This document shows positions 13,056 to 26,280 of a stretch of DNA of 64,000 bases, one piece after another. The stretch comes from Cetorhinus maximus (lineage: Eukaryota), in assembly GCF_964194155.1 (NCBI RefSeq), contig NC_135879.1:192014001-192078000 (forward strand). The letters run 5' to 3'. Numbering within the stretch: the stretch's first letter is position 1; each line of letters opens with the position of its first letter. Position numbers and translations under genes: made by a program. The notes under the pieces were generated by a model that ran no database searches, was not told the origin of the DNA, and saw only the letters and a program-made list of their open reading frames with translations.

Positions 13056-13785
13056 GGTCTGAATTTTAAGAGGTACCTATGGGCAGGAAAACCAGTAGGT
13101 GGACCCTTAAAGGAAGAGCGCTGTTGCATTGGCAACATGTTCACCACCAGCCAGCCTGCTGCACTAAGATTTTACGGTTGGTGGGGGAGGCATTGGGTGG
13201 GCTGCCCACTCGTGGCCCAATTGAGGCCCTAATGTGAGCAATTACTGTTCAATTAAAGGCCTCATCCCGCTGCCACTCCAATTCAATCTGCAGAGGGAGA
13301 GGCCTGCACCCAACGTGTAGCTCAACAGGTTTAACCCTGCGGGCTGCTGGTCAGTGAAGTGGGAGGCTGCCTCCTTCTTGGGCTCCCTGTGCCAATCAGA
13401 GTGCCCCTCCACAGCTTTGCCACCCCTTGTCCACCCTCCCATCCTGCCCTGTCCAACATGCCCTTCCCAACCCCCTCACATGGATTGTCCTGCCAACCCG
13501 GCCCTGGCGAGACCCTGGATTTACCCGGGTTTCAGGATCCATGCCTCCCAGGTCTTCTGCAATACCAGCATATGCCACCTATCCTGGCGTGGCACAGAGT
13601 TGCTAGCCTCCAATTGGCTGGCAGATTTATGAGGAGGGACTTCCTCCTGGAGATGTATGGAAGTTCTGCTTCATACTAATTAAAGGGCCATTGCCTGAAA
13701 AATTAAAGCGGGGTGAACCAGCCAAGTGGAGCTGGGCTCATCCCCAACATTTACACAGGGATGGGGATGGCATATAATCCAGCCC
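13056..13785. mobile_element. Non-autonomous Harbinger-like element with 3-bp TSD AAT
   Basis: AAT|ggtctgaatttt ... ataatccagccc|AAT (TSD 13053-13055 and 13786-13788). Confidence 0.75.
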
Positions 13786-15584
13786 AATGTAAAAATGAAA
13801 ATTTTCCCCAGATTCCCTTACGAATAAGCGTACCAATGAATGCACGGGGAGTAGGGAAGCATGTACGCCTTTACATTTCCAGAGAGTAAGAATTCTTGGG
13901 GAACCAAGCCACTCCAATGCCCACTATTTTCATCAGTCCTTGACACTGTTAAAAAGTGGACAAAGGAGAAAATGGATTAAAATAATCTTAGATTGTACAA
14001 GTTACCAAATTAGTTAACTTTAGATGAATAGATCTGTTAATCATAAATTCATAGCGACACCCCCTTCAACCTACTGAAACCTATTTGAACTTGCATAAAA
14101 AGGAAAGGGTACTTTGACAGTCTAGCAAAATTAACCATAGACAGCCATTGTCACACACAGACAGATACAACAGTCAGGATGAGATACAACCATGTACAGT
14201 CAAGCATGTTAGAGAAAAGAAATTCAATTCAAACTGTACACATGTTAAATCACAAGTGCGAATTCTAGAAATCAGTTTTTTTTCCATTTCATAGTTCTGT
14301 AGTGTGTGTATGTTCTTAAAATGGATGAAAGTGAGGATGGAAAAGGAATGAAATGCTCTTGACACACACACATAAAAAAAAAGTCTGACAGCAATAATTT
14401 GCACTTTGGAGACTCAGACCTAGGAGGAAATTAAATCTCTAAGCATGCAGGAAGCAGGATGCAAGCTCAAGCACTCCTTTCTGGGCTCTTCAGTGAAGTC
14501 TGATTGACAGATTTGTCTGTGTGTGACAGCACACCTGCTGCACCGTTTTAATGGTGATGTATAATGCCCCCTGCTAATCCTGGGAGCCCTGGGAGTAGCA
14601 AAACTGTCATTGGAAATATGAGGCAGCATGGCCCTCTGGGTAACAGGCAGCCAGAAACACAGATGTTCTTGTCATTTCCCAAATGCAACAGGAATGATGG
14701 GAAGACACCTCAGCAGCTTAAGATTTTGCAGAGGCAAAATGATAGAAAATGAATGCAGCGTAGTTTGACAAAACAGCAGGGAAAGGTCATCAAAGAACAA
14801 ACTACAAAGGGGGAGAAAGGAAAGCCTAAATAAAATATTTAAAGAGCTACTATCCCGTTTTGTCAGCTGTCCTTAGCTCCCGTTCAGCACTATGAGTTTG
14901 TTATCATTCCTCATAGTGATTATCTGTTCCGCTCATCAATATTAATGACAATTATTTCAGCAATAGGCTTTTTTTGGGAGAGAAAAGGCCCCACGCCCAC
15001 CACCCCCCTCACCTTCTGGGTGCTAGTGGAATAACTTTACTCTTCTAATAGGGTGGCTTGTTTATAGTAAAATAAATTATTGTTGCTAACATGAGTTTTG
15101 TGCTTATGAAAATTACAAATGTCAGTGCAAGAGAATCAAAGTTTAGTTTGAGTTTTTCACTCCCCAGATCGGTGTCAAGCATCTCCGGAGCAGGTGCAGT
15201 CTCCATCAGCTGGGATTAGGAACACCCTCTAAAAGTGCCAGAGGACTGTGGCTAAGGTGATCAAAAATGGCCTGAAGACATATTTGTAAAAAATGTCTCA
15301 AATTCATAAAAGTGAAAATTAAAGAATAATCGTAAAACAAGCATAGAAATTGTTATCCAAAGTTTTTGGGGGAGAAATTTTGTGTGGCGCCACTTCTAGT
15401 AACTTGCCGCTACCTGATCAAAGCAGACATTCTTCATGTGTAAGGCTGTATGGTGAGTGGCAGCGAGCTAATCAGAGCTATTGAGGCTTGCACCATCCTG
15501 TCAGGAGTCAGTATTGATTAAGGGAAATGAAAATTAGGTGGTTTCTACAGTGAGCAGCCAATCCATGGCACCTGCTTTAATGGT

Positions 15585-16110
15585 GGTAGGAACACAGGAA
15601 TAGGCCATTCAACCCATCAAGCCTGTTCCATTATTCAATTCACGGTCACAGTCGATTATTACCCTAAATCCATTTACCTGCCTTGACTCCATATCCCCTA
15701 ATAACCGTGGCTAGCAAAACCTATCAATCTCAGATTTAGGATTAATAATTGAGCTAGCATCTTCTGTTTTTATTGTGGGGACAGTTCCACACTTCTACTG
15801 CCCTTCTAAGTGTTTCCTAACTTCTCTTCTGAATGGCCGGGCTCTGATTTTCAGGTTATGTTCCCTTGTTCTAGACTCCATCACAGGCTGCAAAATATTT
15901 TACCTGCTCCATCAATTTCTTTACACATATTAAAAACCTCACTCAACTCATCCCTTCAGCTTTCTATAGCTCAGGCAAGCCTAGTTTGGGTAATTACTCT
16001 TCATAATTTAACTCTTGGAGAACTAGTAACATTCTGGCGAACCTGCTCTGTGCTTCTTCAAAGGCAAATATATCACAAAGTCTCAAAATGTGGCCCCTTT
16101 TAAACATCAA
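15585..16110 (-). mobile_element. CR1 3' fragment
   Basis: taggaacacaggaataggccattcaacccatcaagcctgttcc...tcctaacttctcttctgaatggcc...gttcccttgttctagactcc, the reverse of the CR1 tail and RT end. Confidence 0.8.
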
Positions 16111-16824
16111 ATCATGACAAAGTACTATGGCTATCTTTAATGTCCTTATAACTTATTCTGGTCATACCAATATGATTCTATATATCTATTTTTGTTAACA
16201 GAACAAATGCTAATGATATCTTTTGGCTTGTAAACTTGGAATGGTTATTGAGGCTGAGTGTGTGAGGGAGCTGAATTAATATTACATATCTAAATTTTGA
16301 GAATAGACCTTTTGGCTCATCCTCCTCTCACAGACTCTCAGTCAATCCACTCTATCAGGGACTTTACCAATCTAATTAATATCCCGAGGAACAGTTCTGC
16401 AAAGTCTCTCTGTGATGCTCAAAGGCAAACAAAGCAAAACTCTAGAAGATCTATCTGACTTTACATTCTGCATTATTCATCCTTGATATGACATTTCCAG
16501 TACCTCAGGAACTATGATGTTTCATAGATTATGTGACTATCTGAATCTATACCTCTCCTTATACGATCAATTCTCCTATAAATGAGCAATTCAGCTGGCT
16601 GTACTCAAAAGTTGTTAATTAACTATTTTGGTTGAAACACTATTCCACATTTCTAGTGCTTTGTGAGGAAAGAAATTGCTCCTTGAAGTTATTCCATAAC
16701 TTTTAAGCAATCAGAAAAAAAAACAATGAAATGTTGAGGTTTATCTCCAGTGGACTGGAATATAAAGAGGAGGAATTTAAGTTTCACTTGTGAAGAACTT
16801 TGATCATGCCCAAACTGGAATACT

Positions 16825-17509
16825 GAGCAGAATTTTACCGTCTGTGAGCAGGGGGTGGGGCCCGCTTACCGGCGCGTAAAATGATGCGGGACAACATCGG
16901 GCGGAACCCCTGACGTCACCCCGACCCATTTAAATTTTCTGGAAGGCTGGGGCGCAGCAAAATCAGCTGCGGGCCCGCCGATCTGTCAATAGCCAATTGA
17001 GGCCATTGACAGGATCAATTAACCAATTAAAGGACCTGCCCGTCCAACCTTAAGGTTGGCGGGTCAACCAGGAGCCCTGGCGGCAAATAGAAAATACATG
17101 AAACCTCATCCAGCGGCGGGATGAGGTTTCATGTAGGGCTTTAAAAATTGTAATAAATTTGTTCTGTAAATTATGAACATGTCCCAACGCATGTGACATT
17201 GTCACATGAGGGGACATGTAAGGGATTTTTCTTTTCCCTATTTTTAATATTTTTAAAAGTCGAGGCGATCTCCCTGAGGCTGCACTTAGCTTCAGGGAGA
17301 TGTGCACTCTTTCGTGCGCATGCACGAAAGAGCGCACTCTCGATTTTAGGGATTCTCCCCACCCGCACAGGGAGCGCATAGCGCTTCCTGGCAGACATCA
17401 CATTGGGCGGGTCTTAATTGGCCCGCCCACGTAAAATGGCGGTGCGGCCCCGATCGCTGGCGGCTATCAGCTCTGCGCCCGCCTGCCCGACAAACGAAAA
17501 ATTCTGCCC
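16825..17509. mobile_element. CpG-rich non-autonomous Harbinger-like element, TSD ACT
   Basis: ACT|gagcagaatttt ... aaaattctgccc|ACT. Homologous to 39336-40018 (reverse) and 40178-40754. Confidence 0.9.
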
Positions 17510-17634
17510 ACTGTGTTCAGCTTTGGGCATCATACCTCAGAGGAAAGAGAGATTGGCTTTGGAGGGGTCAGAATCACCAAAATGATGCCAGGGCTTAATG
17601 GTGTTAAATTACGATGACAGGTTGCATAAACTTG

Positions 17635-17761
17635 GGGGCGGGCTTTTCCGGCCCCGCGTGCTGCTGGGATCGTCCACTCCCACAGGAAGTCAATGGATTT
17701 TGGCTGGGCCACTGAATCTCCCATGGTGGGTCCCACCACGATGGGGCCGGAAAATCCCGGC
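17635..17761. mobile_element. ~125-bp MITE
   Basis: TIRs gcgggcttttccggcccc ... ggggccggaaaatcccgg; interrupts CR1 coding sequence. Confidence 0.8.
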
Positions 17762-18094
17762 TTCGGTTTCTATTTCCTTGAGGTTAGAAGATTAAGTGAT
17801 CAAATTGAGACATAAGGATTAATAAAAGTATTCCATAGGGCAGATTCTGAAAAGCTATTCCTCTAGTGGGAGAATCCAGAACAACACACTTGTAAAATAG
17901 GAGTACTCAACAGTGAAATCAGAAACCACTTCTCCATTCAAAGGGTAGTGGAAATATAGAATTCTCTCACCTAAATGACTGTGGATGCTGGATCAATTGA
18001 AACTTTTAAGACTGGATTGACAGCTTTTTTTATTAGGAAAGGCAGTCAAGGGATATGGATCAAATGCAGGTCAATGGAGTTGAATGGTAGGGTA

Positions 18095-20028
18095 GAGTGG
18101 GATCTTCTGGTCTGGAGTATAAGTTGGGAGGTGGGAGAGGAAGGGAGAGTGATTTCAGCTTGGGGGTGGTATGGCTGGCCACTCGCGATCTCGTGCTAGT
18201 CAGCTCATTAAATATGCATGCATGAGGAGCAGGGTGGGCAGGAAGTCAATGCCCCTGCCGCTTCCTCCTCAGCTGGACCATAACTGATAGAAGTGCAGGG
18301 TTGCCTGGAGCCAGCATCGTGTATGGCTGAGGTGATCTGTGAACAAATTGCAGTGATCCATCCAGTCAGCATATTCTTTGAAGCTGTCCCTCTGGCCCTG
18401 ATCATTTCAGCCAATGGGAAGCCCTGTATCTAGCATCAGTCTACCCCTGACTTCCCCCCACCCCACCATAGTGAAGCCCATCCTGGAGGACCACAGGTGA
18501 GTTCTCCTCTCATTCATAAATCCGTTTGCATGGAGACTGCAGCATTGACCGGGGTAATGAAAGCCATGTCCATGCACCCTTCTTCAAATGCAATTGGGTT
18601 TCCCCCAACAAGCTCGAGGCACATTTGAGAGACCCTTGCCTCCATCACAGACATATCACCCACCTCATTATCAGCCATGGCCACCCACCCGGGACCCTCG
18701 AGGTTCTAAACCAGCACATTGTTGTCGGTCGCCCCAAACATCCCCTCCACCACCTCCCCCTGCCATCAGGCCCCGACGAGTAACCCCTGCCTCCCTCCCT
18801 CCATCATTCCCTCCTTCCTCTACACCTCTTGGTCAACTTGAATGACCTTTCAGCACAGACTTCACTGCAGCTCTCGACTCTGCTGGGATCTCGATGTTCT
18901 GAGATCCATGAATCAGGGAGCAAACCTGCTGCCATGTGGGCTTCACCCACAGAGAGGTGAACACACCTGAGCAAGGTTCTCATGCAGCTGACTCATGATT
19001 ATTAGGGTGTCCCTTTAGTCGGCCAATTATGCTGACCTTTAACTCCATCCACCCGAAAAGACCCTCCTCCCACTTCGAGGATTCACACGCACAGAGCGAC
19101 TGTGTTCTGAAGCCTTGAGAAAATGGCGTACATAACTTTCCAGACACACTCCACCATCTTCTACTCTCTCGCTGTCACCCACTAACTTCCCCCCATCATC
19201 CTTGAGCCACCCAATATAACTATTTCTCTTTGTTTTCCTGAACCTCCCCACTGTTACCCTTGAGCCTGTCACCATCATCCTCCACATGTCTTCTCTCTCT
19301 TCTGAGCCTACACCCATTACCGTCCCCTTATCCACCCTGACTCTCACCACCACACCACCCCCCCAACCTCCCATTATCCGCATCACCTGTTTTGTCTGTT
19401 TCCTTGAGCCCTCCATGACCCTGGACCTGCGACCCTACCACATCCCACTACCCACCTCTCAATGTGACTGTTCCCTCCACTGCCCAGCACCATCAGTTCA
19501 ACTCCCAGGACCCCTCCATAGACAGCACCAGCCCCAACCTCTGGAATAATCTCTCTCGCACATTCACAGATCCCCCACACGCAACATGCAAGGCCCTTCC
19601 CTCCCTCCCACGTCCCTGCACTGTCACCTTCTCTCCCTGGCTCCGTCTCTGCTCCGGACACTCTCCCTCCTCCATTCCTGCCCCATGCCCCTTAGGCTGC
19701 CACCACCCGATCAACGACTCGGTGAACAACTTTCCCCAAAGAGGAAAATAACAGTGGCTATTCACTCCAACTCCAACAAATTGACTATCTCGCCTGCTGC
19801 ATGCCACTTACCTGCAGTTGTAAATCTGAAAGCACATTTTGCTCGCTTGCCAATAACTTAATCAGGAAGGGAACTTAAATCTGGCGAGCTGGCCTTTTGA
19901 TGAGCATGCACTACATGCAGATGCATGCAAATGCACTTCCAAATGCAGCTGATCTTTGGCCTTCTGCTCAATTAAGTCCCCCCGTCTGCCTTGCTTCCCA
20001 CTCTCAGGAGCAGCACAAGAATCCGCCC
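18095..20028. mobile_element. 1.9-kb Harbinger-like element with pyrimidine-rich interior
   Basis: Termini gagtgggatctt ... aagaatccgccc with flanks GTA / ATA. Splits a CR1 3' UTR that rejoins across it. Confidence 0.65.
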
Positions 20029-20214
20029 ATAGGATCTAAGAGCTGAACAGTCTATTTCTATTCCTATGTTCCTATATAAATGCAAGCTCTTTCTTTTTAC
20101 ATTGGTACTCTAACTTTCTGTTCAAAGTCCATGTTAAATTGCTCATCTCCATTGATATCATCCATTCCTCCAAGCATTTTCAAGATCACAATCATCTCTC
20201 CCCTCAACGTTCTG

Positions 20215-20670
20215 ATGAAAATTGTTTAGTTCTGTTAGCTTCTTCACAGGTTTTACTTTTCTTTGACTCTTCTTTTCTTTGACTCAAACTGCATACAAGA
20301 TTCCAAATGTGGCCTCAGCAGGAAGTTCAAATAATTTATTTCAACATACAATCAAACAATCATAGAGCACAACCTGCTGTTCCTTATCGATAAAGTTCCA
20401 AACAACTGGTATTTTCAGTGTATGGTCAATGATTACAGCCAAATCATTTTTACTTTTTCTTTGCTAATGGGTATTCCTTTGTTCTGTGCTATGTTTCACA
20501 TTTCTAGATCCAATTTCATGATTAAAATTTATCTGCTATTCCAAAGCCCACATAACTGATTCTTTTAAATGCTCCCAATGTTGCCTATATTTTTTACCTG
20601 GTCTGTCAACTTGGAATCAGCTTAAATTTTATACTGTCAACCTCATATATAGCAATCACCAACTTGCCCT
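20215..20670 (-). mobile_element. Very old CR1-like fragment
   Basis: Reverse of aactgcatacaagattccaaatgtggcctcagcag reads LLRPHLESCMQ, a variant of the CR1 RPHLEYCVQ motif. Confidence 0.5.
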
Positions 20671-22764
20671 AAACGTTTGTCATGTGCAGGTGTTCATTGA
20701 GTGTGGGTTGGCTACATTTAACATCCTTATATAGAAATTTCAGTTGTTGAGTTTTTCTTTTTGAAGAACTACATGTGTAGCACAGAACAGCAAACTTTGC
20801 ATACTCTATAAAGGACAGGCCTGAGAAGCCACTAATCAATCTACTGTACCAAAAAGCTTCTGTTTTGGCAGTTCTTATCCTTCTCCACTTGGCAAGAATG
20901 AGGAGTGAGGCACAAGAATGAGGGCTGAAATAAGACAAGAGGAGATATGAAATAGAAATCCCATGGAACAAGATTCCAGAGATTGATTCCCTGCAGATTT
21001 TTAAGAAGGCACCAAATGTATTCCTGGAATACATTATGATCATGGCATATGGAAGATAAACTATTTCTGGATAATAATTAGTGGGTTGGGGCCTGATTGC
21101 CTTCGAGGAGGAGAAGAATTGTTTTGCCAGAGGTTTTCTGAATTCGGTGCAGGTCTCTGGTGTTTTGCTTCTTTTTAGAAGATGGCAGGTGGGAGAGGGT
21201 GGGCGTGGGGTGGGTGGTTACTGCACAGAGATGAAATCAACTGATTTTGGCCCAATAGCGTTCTCCCATCCTGGATACATAAACATAAATATAAACACAA
21301 CTATCCTGCTGTATATAGGTTATGAACAGCTGGGGACTCAGATTAGTTCCTGAGGGGATTCTGCTAGTTACCATTGCCCACCCAGAGCTTTTTTCAATTA
21401 TGCACAGCTTCTATTTTTATGCCTCCTGGTGTGTATTTGTTATCTATTAGCGTAGGAAGGGACCTTTTGGTAATGGTACATCTGTCTAATCCTTACAGCT
21501 AGTTTTGGAAAGAGGACTAAGCAGCACACTTAAATTTTCACAATAAACATATAAAAAAAAGTACCTATTCTTATCCATTTCCTTGAAGATAGACGTTGCA
21601 TCTTTAGAACCTTTTATTTTAACTGGAGACAATTCAGGTAGGGCCATAGAATCAAATTGCTAAAGCATTGACATTGATGGCATACAGCTTTAAATTTACG
21701 AATTCCAAGAATATATTCTCATATTTCATTTCTGTCTTTACTTGAAGGGACATATGATTCCTTGTTGAACTGTTATATTACATCCTGCACAGTTTTGTAA
21801 ATTGCTCATTTTACAAACTGGGCAGCACAATATTTTGCTTCTAAATGATATGAACAAAATATGCAAAAGTAATTATTTCTTTTACTAAATGGCTAATTTA
21901 CTAAATTGTGCAGAACTCACAAGGTAAAAGGGTTAAGACTCCGCATGCAAACTATATACAAATCACATTAAAAACAAAAGCCATTCTCACCTCTTTGTTG
22001 CAGACACAAAAGCAAATCACATCCTTATTGCATCTTTTACAGATATTAGATATACCATTTGCATAAATACATATATATTGTGCATGATATTACACACAGC
22101 AACCGTCTAAATCATTTTTCACTAGCAAGCCAAAACCCAGAAAAATTGCTGTTTGGCGTATTTGCGTGAATGAAAAATTAATTTAGATCCATTATAGAAC
22201 ACAACATTAACCACTTTGTGTAGTTTTCTTTCGCTTCACATTTATGTGAGGCATTAGTATAAAGAATGGGATAAAATGATTAACTGTTCAATATGTGATG
22301 CTAAATGAGATTTCTTAAATATATTTTTAAAAGCACAGAAAATGCTGATGCTGCACAGGGGTGGAACCAAACATTCGAGTGTAATTCTCACCGCAGTGCT
22401 TTTCTACACCAAAAATTTCATCATGAGACACAGCAATCTGTTTTACCGTCAGCTGTAGTATCATCTACATGTGTCCGGCAAGCAAATAATGAGGCTTGAC
22501 CGGTAAGCTATTTTTGGTAAAGCCTTTTAATTATTTCATTATGGGCAGGGGTTCAATCGAATCCCTGTACAAATTCAAGGCCATATTACTGGAGAAAAAA
22601 ACATGCACCCCCCAACCTCATATACGGTCATTTTGGGAATAAATATTACAGCAGGGAGGCCACTTTCTGTGTCAAAACTCAGACATTCAAGGTCAGGTCC
22701 AGCAGAGCTTAAAACAAAAGTTCGAACTTCAGACATGTGTCTCAAATACATTACATTATCTGTC

Positions 22765-24425
22765 TTTCATTTTCATTCTTGGGACATGAAGATCACTGGG
22801 AAGGCTGGAACCTATTGTCCATCCCAAGTTGACCTGAGGAACTGTTGGTGGACCACCTGAATGGAGCTTCAGTGAACTGTTAAGTGTGAACTACGTTGGT
22901 GTGGGACTGGAGTAACTCCTTTATTCAAAAAGGGAGGGAGACCGAAAGCAGGAAACTATGGGCCAGTTAGCATAACATCCACCAGAGGAAAAATGTTTGA
23001 AGCTATTATTAAAGATATTATAGCAGGGCACTTCGATAAATTCAAGGTAATCAGGTAGAGTCAACATGCTTTTTGTGAAAGGGAAATCATGTTTAACCAA
23101 TTTATTGGAGTTCTTTGAAGAAGTAACATGTGCTGTGGATAAAGGGGAGCCGGTGGATGTAGTGTACTTATATTTTCAGAAGGCGTTTGATAAGGTGTCA
23201 CATCAAAGGTTACTGAGGAAAATAAAAGCTCATGGTTTAGGGAGTAACATATTGGCATGGATAGAAGATTGGCTAGTTAACAGGAAACAGAGAGTTGGCA
23301 TAAATGGGTCATTTTCTGGTTGGAAAGATGTAACAAGTAGTGTGCCACAGGGATGGGATCTCAATTTTTTACAATTTATATAAATGACTTGGATGAAGGG
23401 ACCAAAAGTATGGTTGCTAAATTTGCTGATGACACAAAGATAGGTAGGAAAGTAAGTTATGAGGAGTGCATAAGGATGCTACAAAGGGATATAGATAGGT
23501 TGAGTGAGTTGGCAAAAATCTGACAAATAGAGTATAATGTGGGAAAATGTGAAATTGTTCATTTTGGCAGGAAGAATAAAAAAGAAACATATTATCTAAA
23601 TGGTGAAAGATTGCAGAGCTCTGAGATACAGAGGGATCTGGGTGTCCTAGTGCATGAATCACAGCATGCAGGTACAGCAAGTAATTAGGAAAGCTAATAG
23701 AATGTTATCATTTATTGCGAGGAGAATTGAATACAAAAGTAGCGTGGTTATGCTTCAGTTATACAGGGCATTGGTGAGACCACATCTGGAGTATTGTGTA
23801 CAGTATTGGACTCCTTATTTAAGGAAGGATGTAAATGCGTTGGAAGCAGTTCAGAGAAGGTTTACTAGACTAATCCCTGGAATACGCGGGTGGTCTTATG
23901 AGGAAAGGTTGGACAGGCTAGGCTTGTCCACTAGAGTTTAGAAGAGTAAGAGGTGACTTGATTGAAGCACATAAGAGCCTGAGGGGTCTTGACAGGGTGG
24001 ATGTGGAAAGGATGTTTCATCTTGTGGGAGAATCTAGAACTAGGGGGTCACTGTTTAAAAATAAGAGGCTGCCCATTTAAGACAGGGATGAGGAGAAATT
24101 TTTTCTCTCAGAGGGTTGAGTGTCGGGAGCTCTTCCTCAAAAGTTGGTGGAAGCAGTGTCTTTGAATATTTTTAAGGCAAAGCTGGATAGTTTTTTGATA
24201 AGCAAGGGGCTAAAAGGTTATTGGGGGTCTGCAGGAATTTGGAGTTGAGGTTACAATCGGATCAGTTATGATCTTATTGAATGGTGGAGTAGGCTTGAGG
24301 GACCGATTGGCCTACTCCTGCTCCTAATTCGTATGTTCGTTAGGAGTCACATATAGTCCAGACCAGGAGACAGTAGGTCTCCTTTCCCAGGGAACAATGG
24401 TGAACCATATGGGTTGTAATGAGGA
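22765..24425 (-). mobile_element. Diverged tRNA-SINE copy split by a CR1 insertion (SINE parts ~22765-22913 and 24343-24425)
   Basis: gtgggactGGAGT [CR1] GGAGTcacatatagtccagaccagg rejoins the SINE motif ctggagtcacatgtaggccagaccagg. Confidence 0.7.
22914..24342 (+). mobile_element. 5'-truncated young CR1 LINE (RT domain, frameshifted), TSD GGAGT
   Basis: ORFs 23066-23383 (KSCLTNLLEFFEEVT...DVVYLYFQKAFDKV) and 23654-23941 (LYRALVRPHLEYCVQYW); aaatttgctgatgacaca encodes KFADDT; 3' tail present. Confidence 0.95.
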
Positions 24426-25257
24426 TCCACAAAGACCCTCACTTTAACCCTCCAGCACCACTTCTCTGCTTCTTATAGCACAATCTCACTGAAGCCTAGA
24501 TACTGTCAATACTAAATAAGACAAAGCTTCCCAAAAAGCTGCATAATGATTTGAAGCCAGAGCTGCAGTTTGCAGCAGTATACAACTTGACACTTCAATG
24601 CAACAGGTCATTAAAAAAGATCAAAATAAAATCAACATGACTGACTGAAGTTATTCGCAGACACGAGGGGTTGCAATTTCCTGTGTTCACTAATTTTAGC
24701 TAAAAAGTGGACAGGAGGAAAGATTGGCAGTAGGTTGGTGGAATATGGTAATGGGTTACTTGTCTGTGCTAAACACTGGTCTGAGGCTTCCTACGCTTAT
24801 AAATTGGATCAATGAACCTTTGCAGAAAGATATTAAAAAAAGAACAATTTTTACTTGTTACAGCCTTGTAAAGGTCATTAATAATGAACTCATACTGTAT
24901 TCCACAGCTGCACAGTCAAATTAAAAAATCAGTAAGTCTGATTTTCCAAGTTCGCACTGCCAATGGCAACCTTGCTTGTAGCAGCTGGGCCCTTGATTTC
25001 CATTCATTAAAATTACAGGGGGAAAGAAATGGTCACGCCTTACCCTTAATTTCTCCATTTCGTCTATTGGTGAGTGAGACTCCATGTTGGCAGTGGAAAT
25101 TCAGAAGCAACTTCTTATAAGTTAACAATGATAGCATGTTAGAGCATGGAGATATTGGCAGCAATCAAATCAGTGATGCGGGAAGAGGAGGAGTGGGCAA
25201 CTTAGGCTTGCAGATGGCACAAGAGTTGCATGATTCACAAGGCTACTTCTGCAGAGT

Positions 25258-25710
25258 ACAGAAGTGCAGCTCCAACAACACTTAAAAAGCTTGACACAAT
25301 CCAGGCCAAGGCAATTGCTTGATTGGCACCCCATCCACACACCTTCAACATTCACTCCCTCCACCACCGACGCACAGTGGCAGGAGTGTGTACCATATAC
25401 AAAATGCACCTCTCCTTCAACAGCATTTTCTAAACCTGTGACCTCTACCGCCTAGAAGGACAAGAGCAGCAGATGCATGGGAACACCGCCACCTGCAAGT
25501 TCCCCTCCAAGCCACTCAACGAGCGGGCTTGGAAATATATCGCAGTTCCTTCACTGTTCCTTTCTAACGGCAATGTGGGTGTACCTATACAACATACACT
25601 GAAGCGGTTCAAGAAGGTGGCTCACCTTCACCTTCTCAAGCACAATTAGGGATGGGCAAGAAATGCTGCTCCTGCCAGCAACACCCACATCCTGTGAAAG
25701 AATTTTTTAA
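25258..25710 (+). mobile_element. 3' fragment of the 49681-52867 LINE family
   Basis: gtgcagctccaacaacact...gcggttcaagaaggtggctcacc...caattagggatgggcaagaaatgctg. Confidence 0.88.
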
Positions 25711-26109
25711 AAAAACAGAAGGTTTATTGAAATGTGCTGAAATTCCTGGGCTTGGCAGAGAAGCAGTGCAGAATTCTTGTTTGGCTCATAGAACTGTGAC
25801 TGACATATATCACCTGGCCCATGAAGATCTGCATGAACAGTTAGCCAACTGCATGAGCAGTGAAAAGCATCATTGCCCTTAACATTAATGCTTTAGAAGC
25901 CTTTCCAGACACCCCAGTGACTTTTTGGAAGTCTCCACATAGACGTCTTTGGTGTTATTATGTGCTCAGTGGAAATCTGAGTGAAAATGACTATTGGTTG
26001 ATGACTTCACTTATGTGGGAGATGACAACTTGAACACTACACAGAATAACTTTCCAGGATCATCTACAAGAGGGCAAGTGATTCCCAATACAACAACACA
26101 ATAACACAA

Positions 26110-26280
26110 CTGGAAATCTGAAATAAAAATAGGAAAATAGAAATAGGAAAAAAAGAAAATGTTGGAAATACTCAGCAGATCAGGCAGATATCAATCTGAA
26201 ACGTTAACTCTGTTTCTCGCTCCACAGATGCTGCCTGATCTGTTGAGTATTTCCATAATTTCCTATTTTCATTTTATATT
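26110..26280. mobile_element. Two Penelope-like terminal fragments in inverted orientation (hairpin)
   Basis: ggaaatactcagcagatcaggcag ... ctgcctgatctgttgagtatttcc are reverse complements; the centre contains gaaacgttaactctgtttctc. Confidence 0.7.

Larger units (their letters stand above)
16715..20075 (+). mobile_element. Old CR1 3' fragment interrupted by three Harbinger-like insertions
   Basis: Removing 16825-17512, ~17635-17761 and 18095-20031 restores ctggaatactgtgttcagctttggg (LEYCVQLW), aggttgcataaactt...ttccttgaggttagaag, and the tail gaatggtag...tctattcctatgttcc. Confidence 0.8.

Noticed and set aside
19039-19861. Cluster of overlapping 87-125 aa ORFs (similar clusters at 4421-4829 and 62193-62673)
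   Set aside because: Low-complexity C/T- or G/A-rich transposon interiors naturally lack stop codons; no recognisable domains.
21990-22100. Cys-rich minus-strand frame (ICKRCNKDVICFCVCNKE) ending at a gtgag donor
   Set aside because: No in-frame ATG or credible acceptor before the upstream stop.
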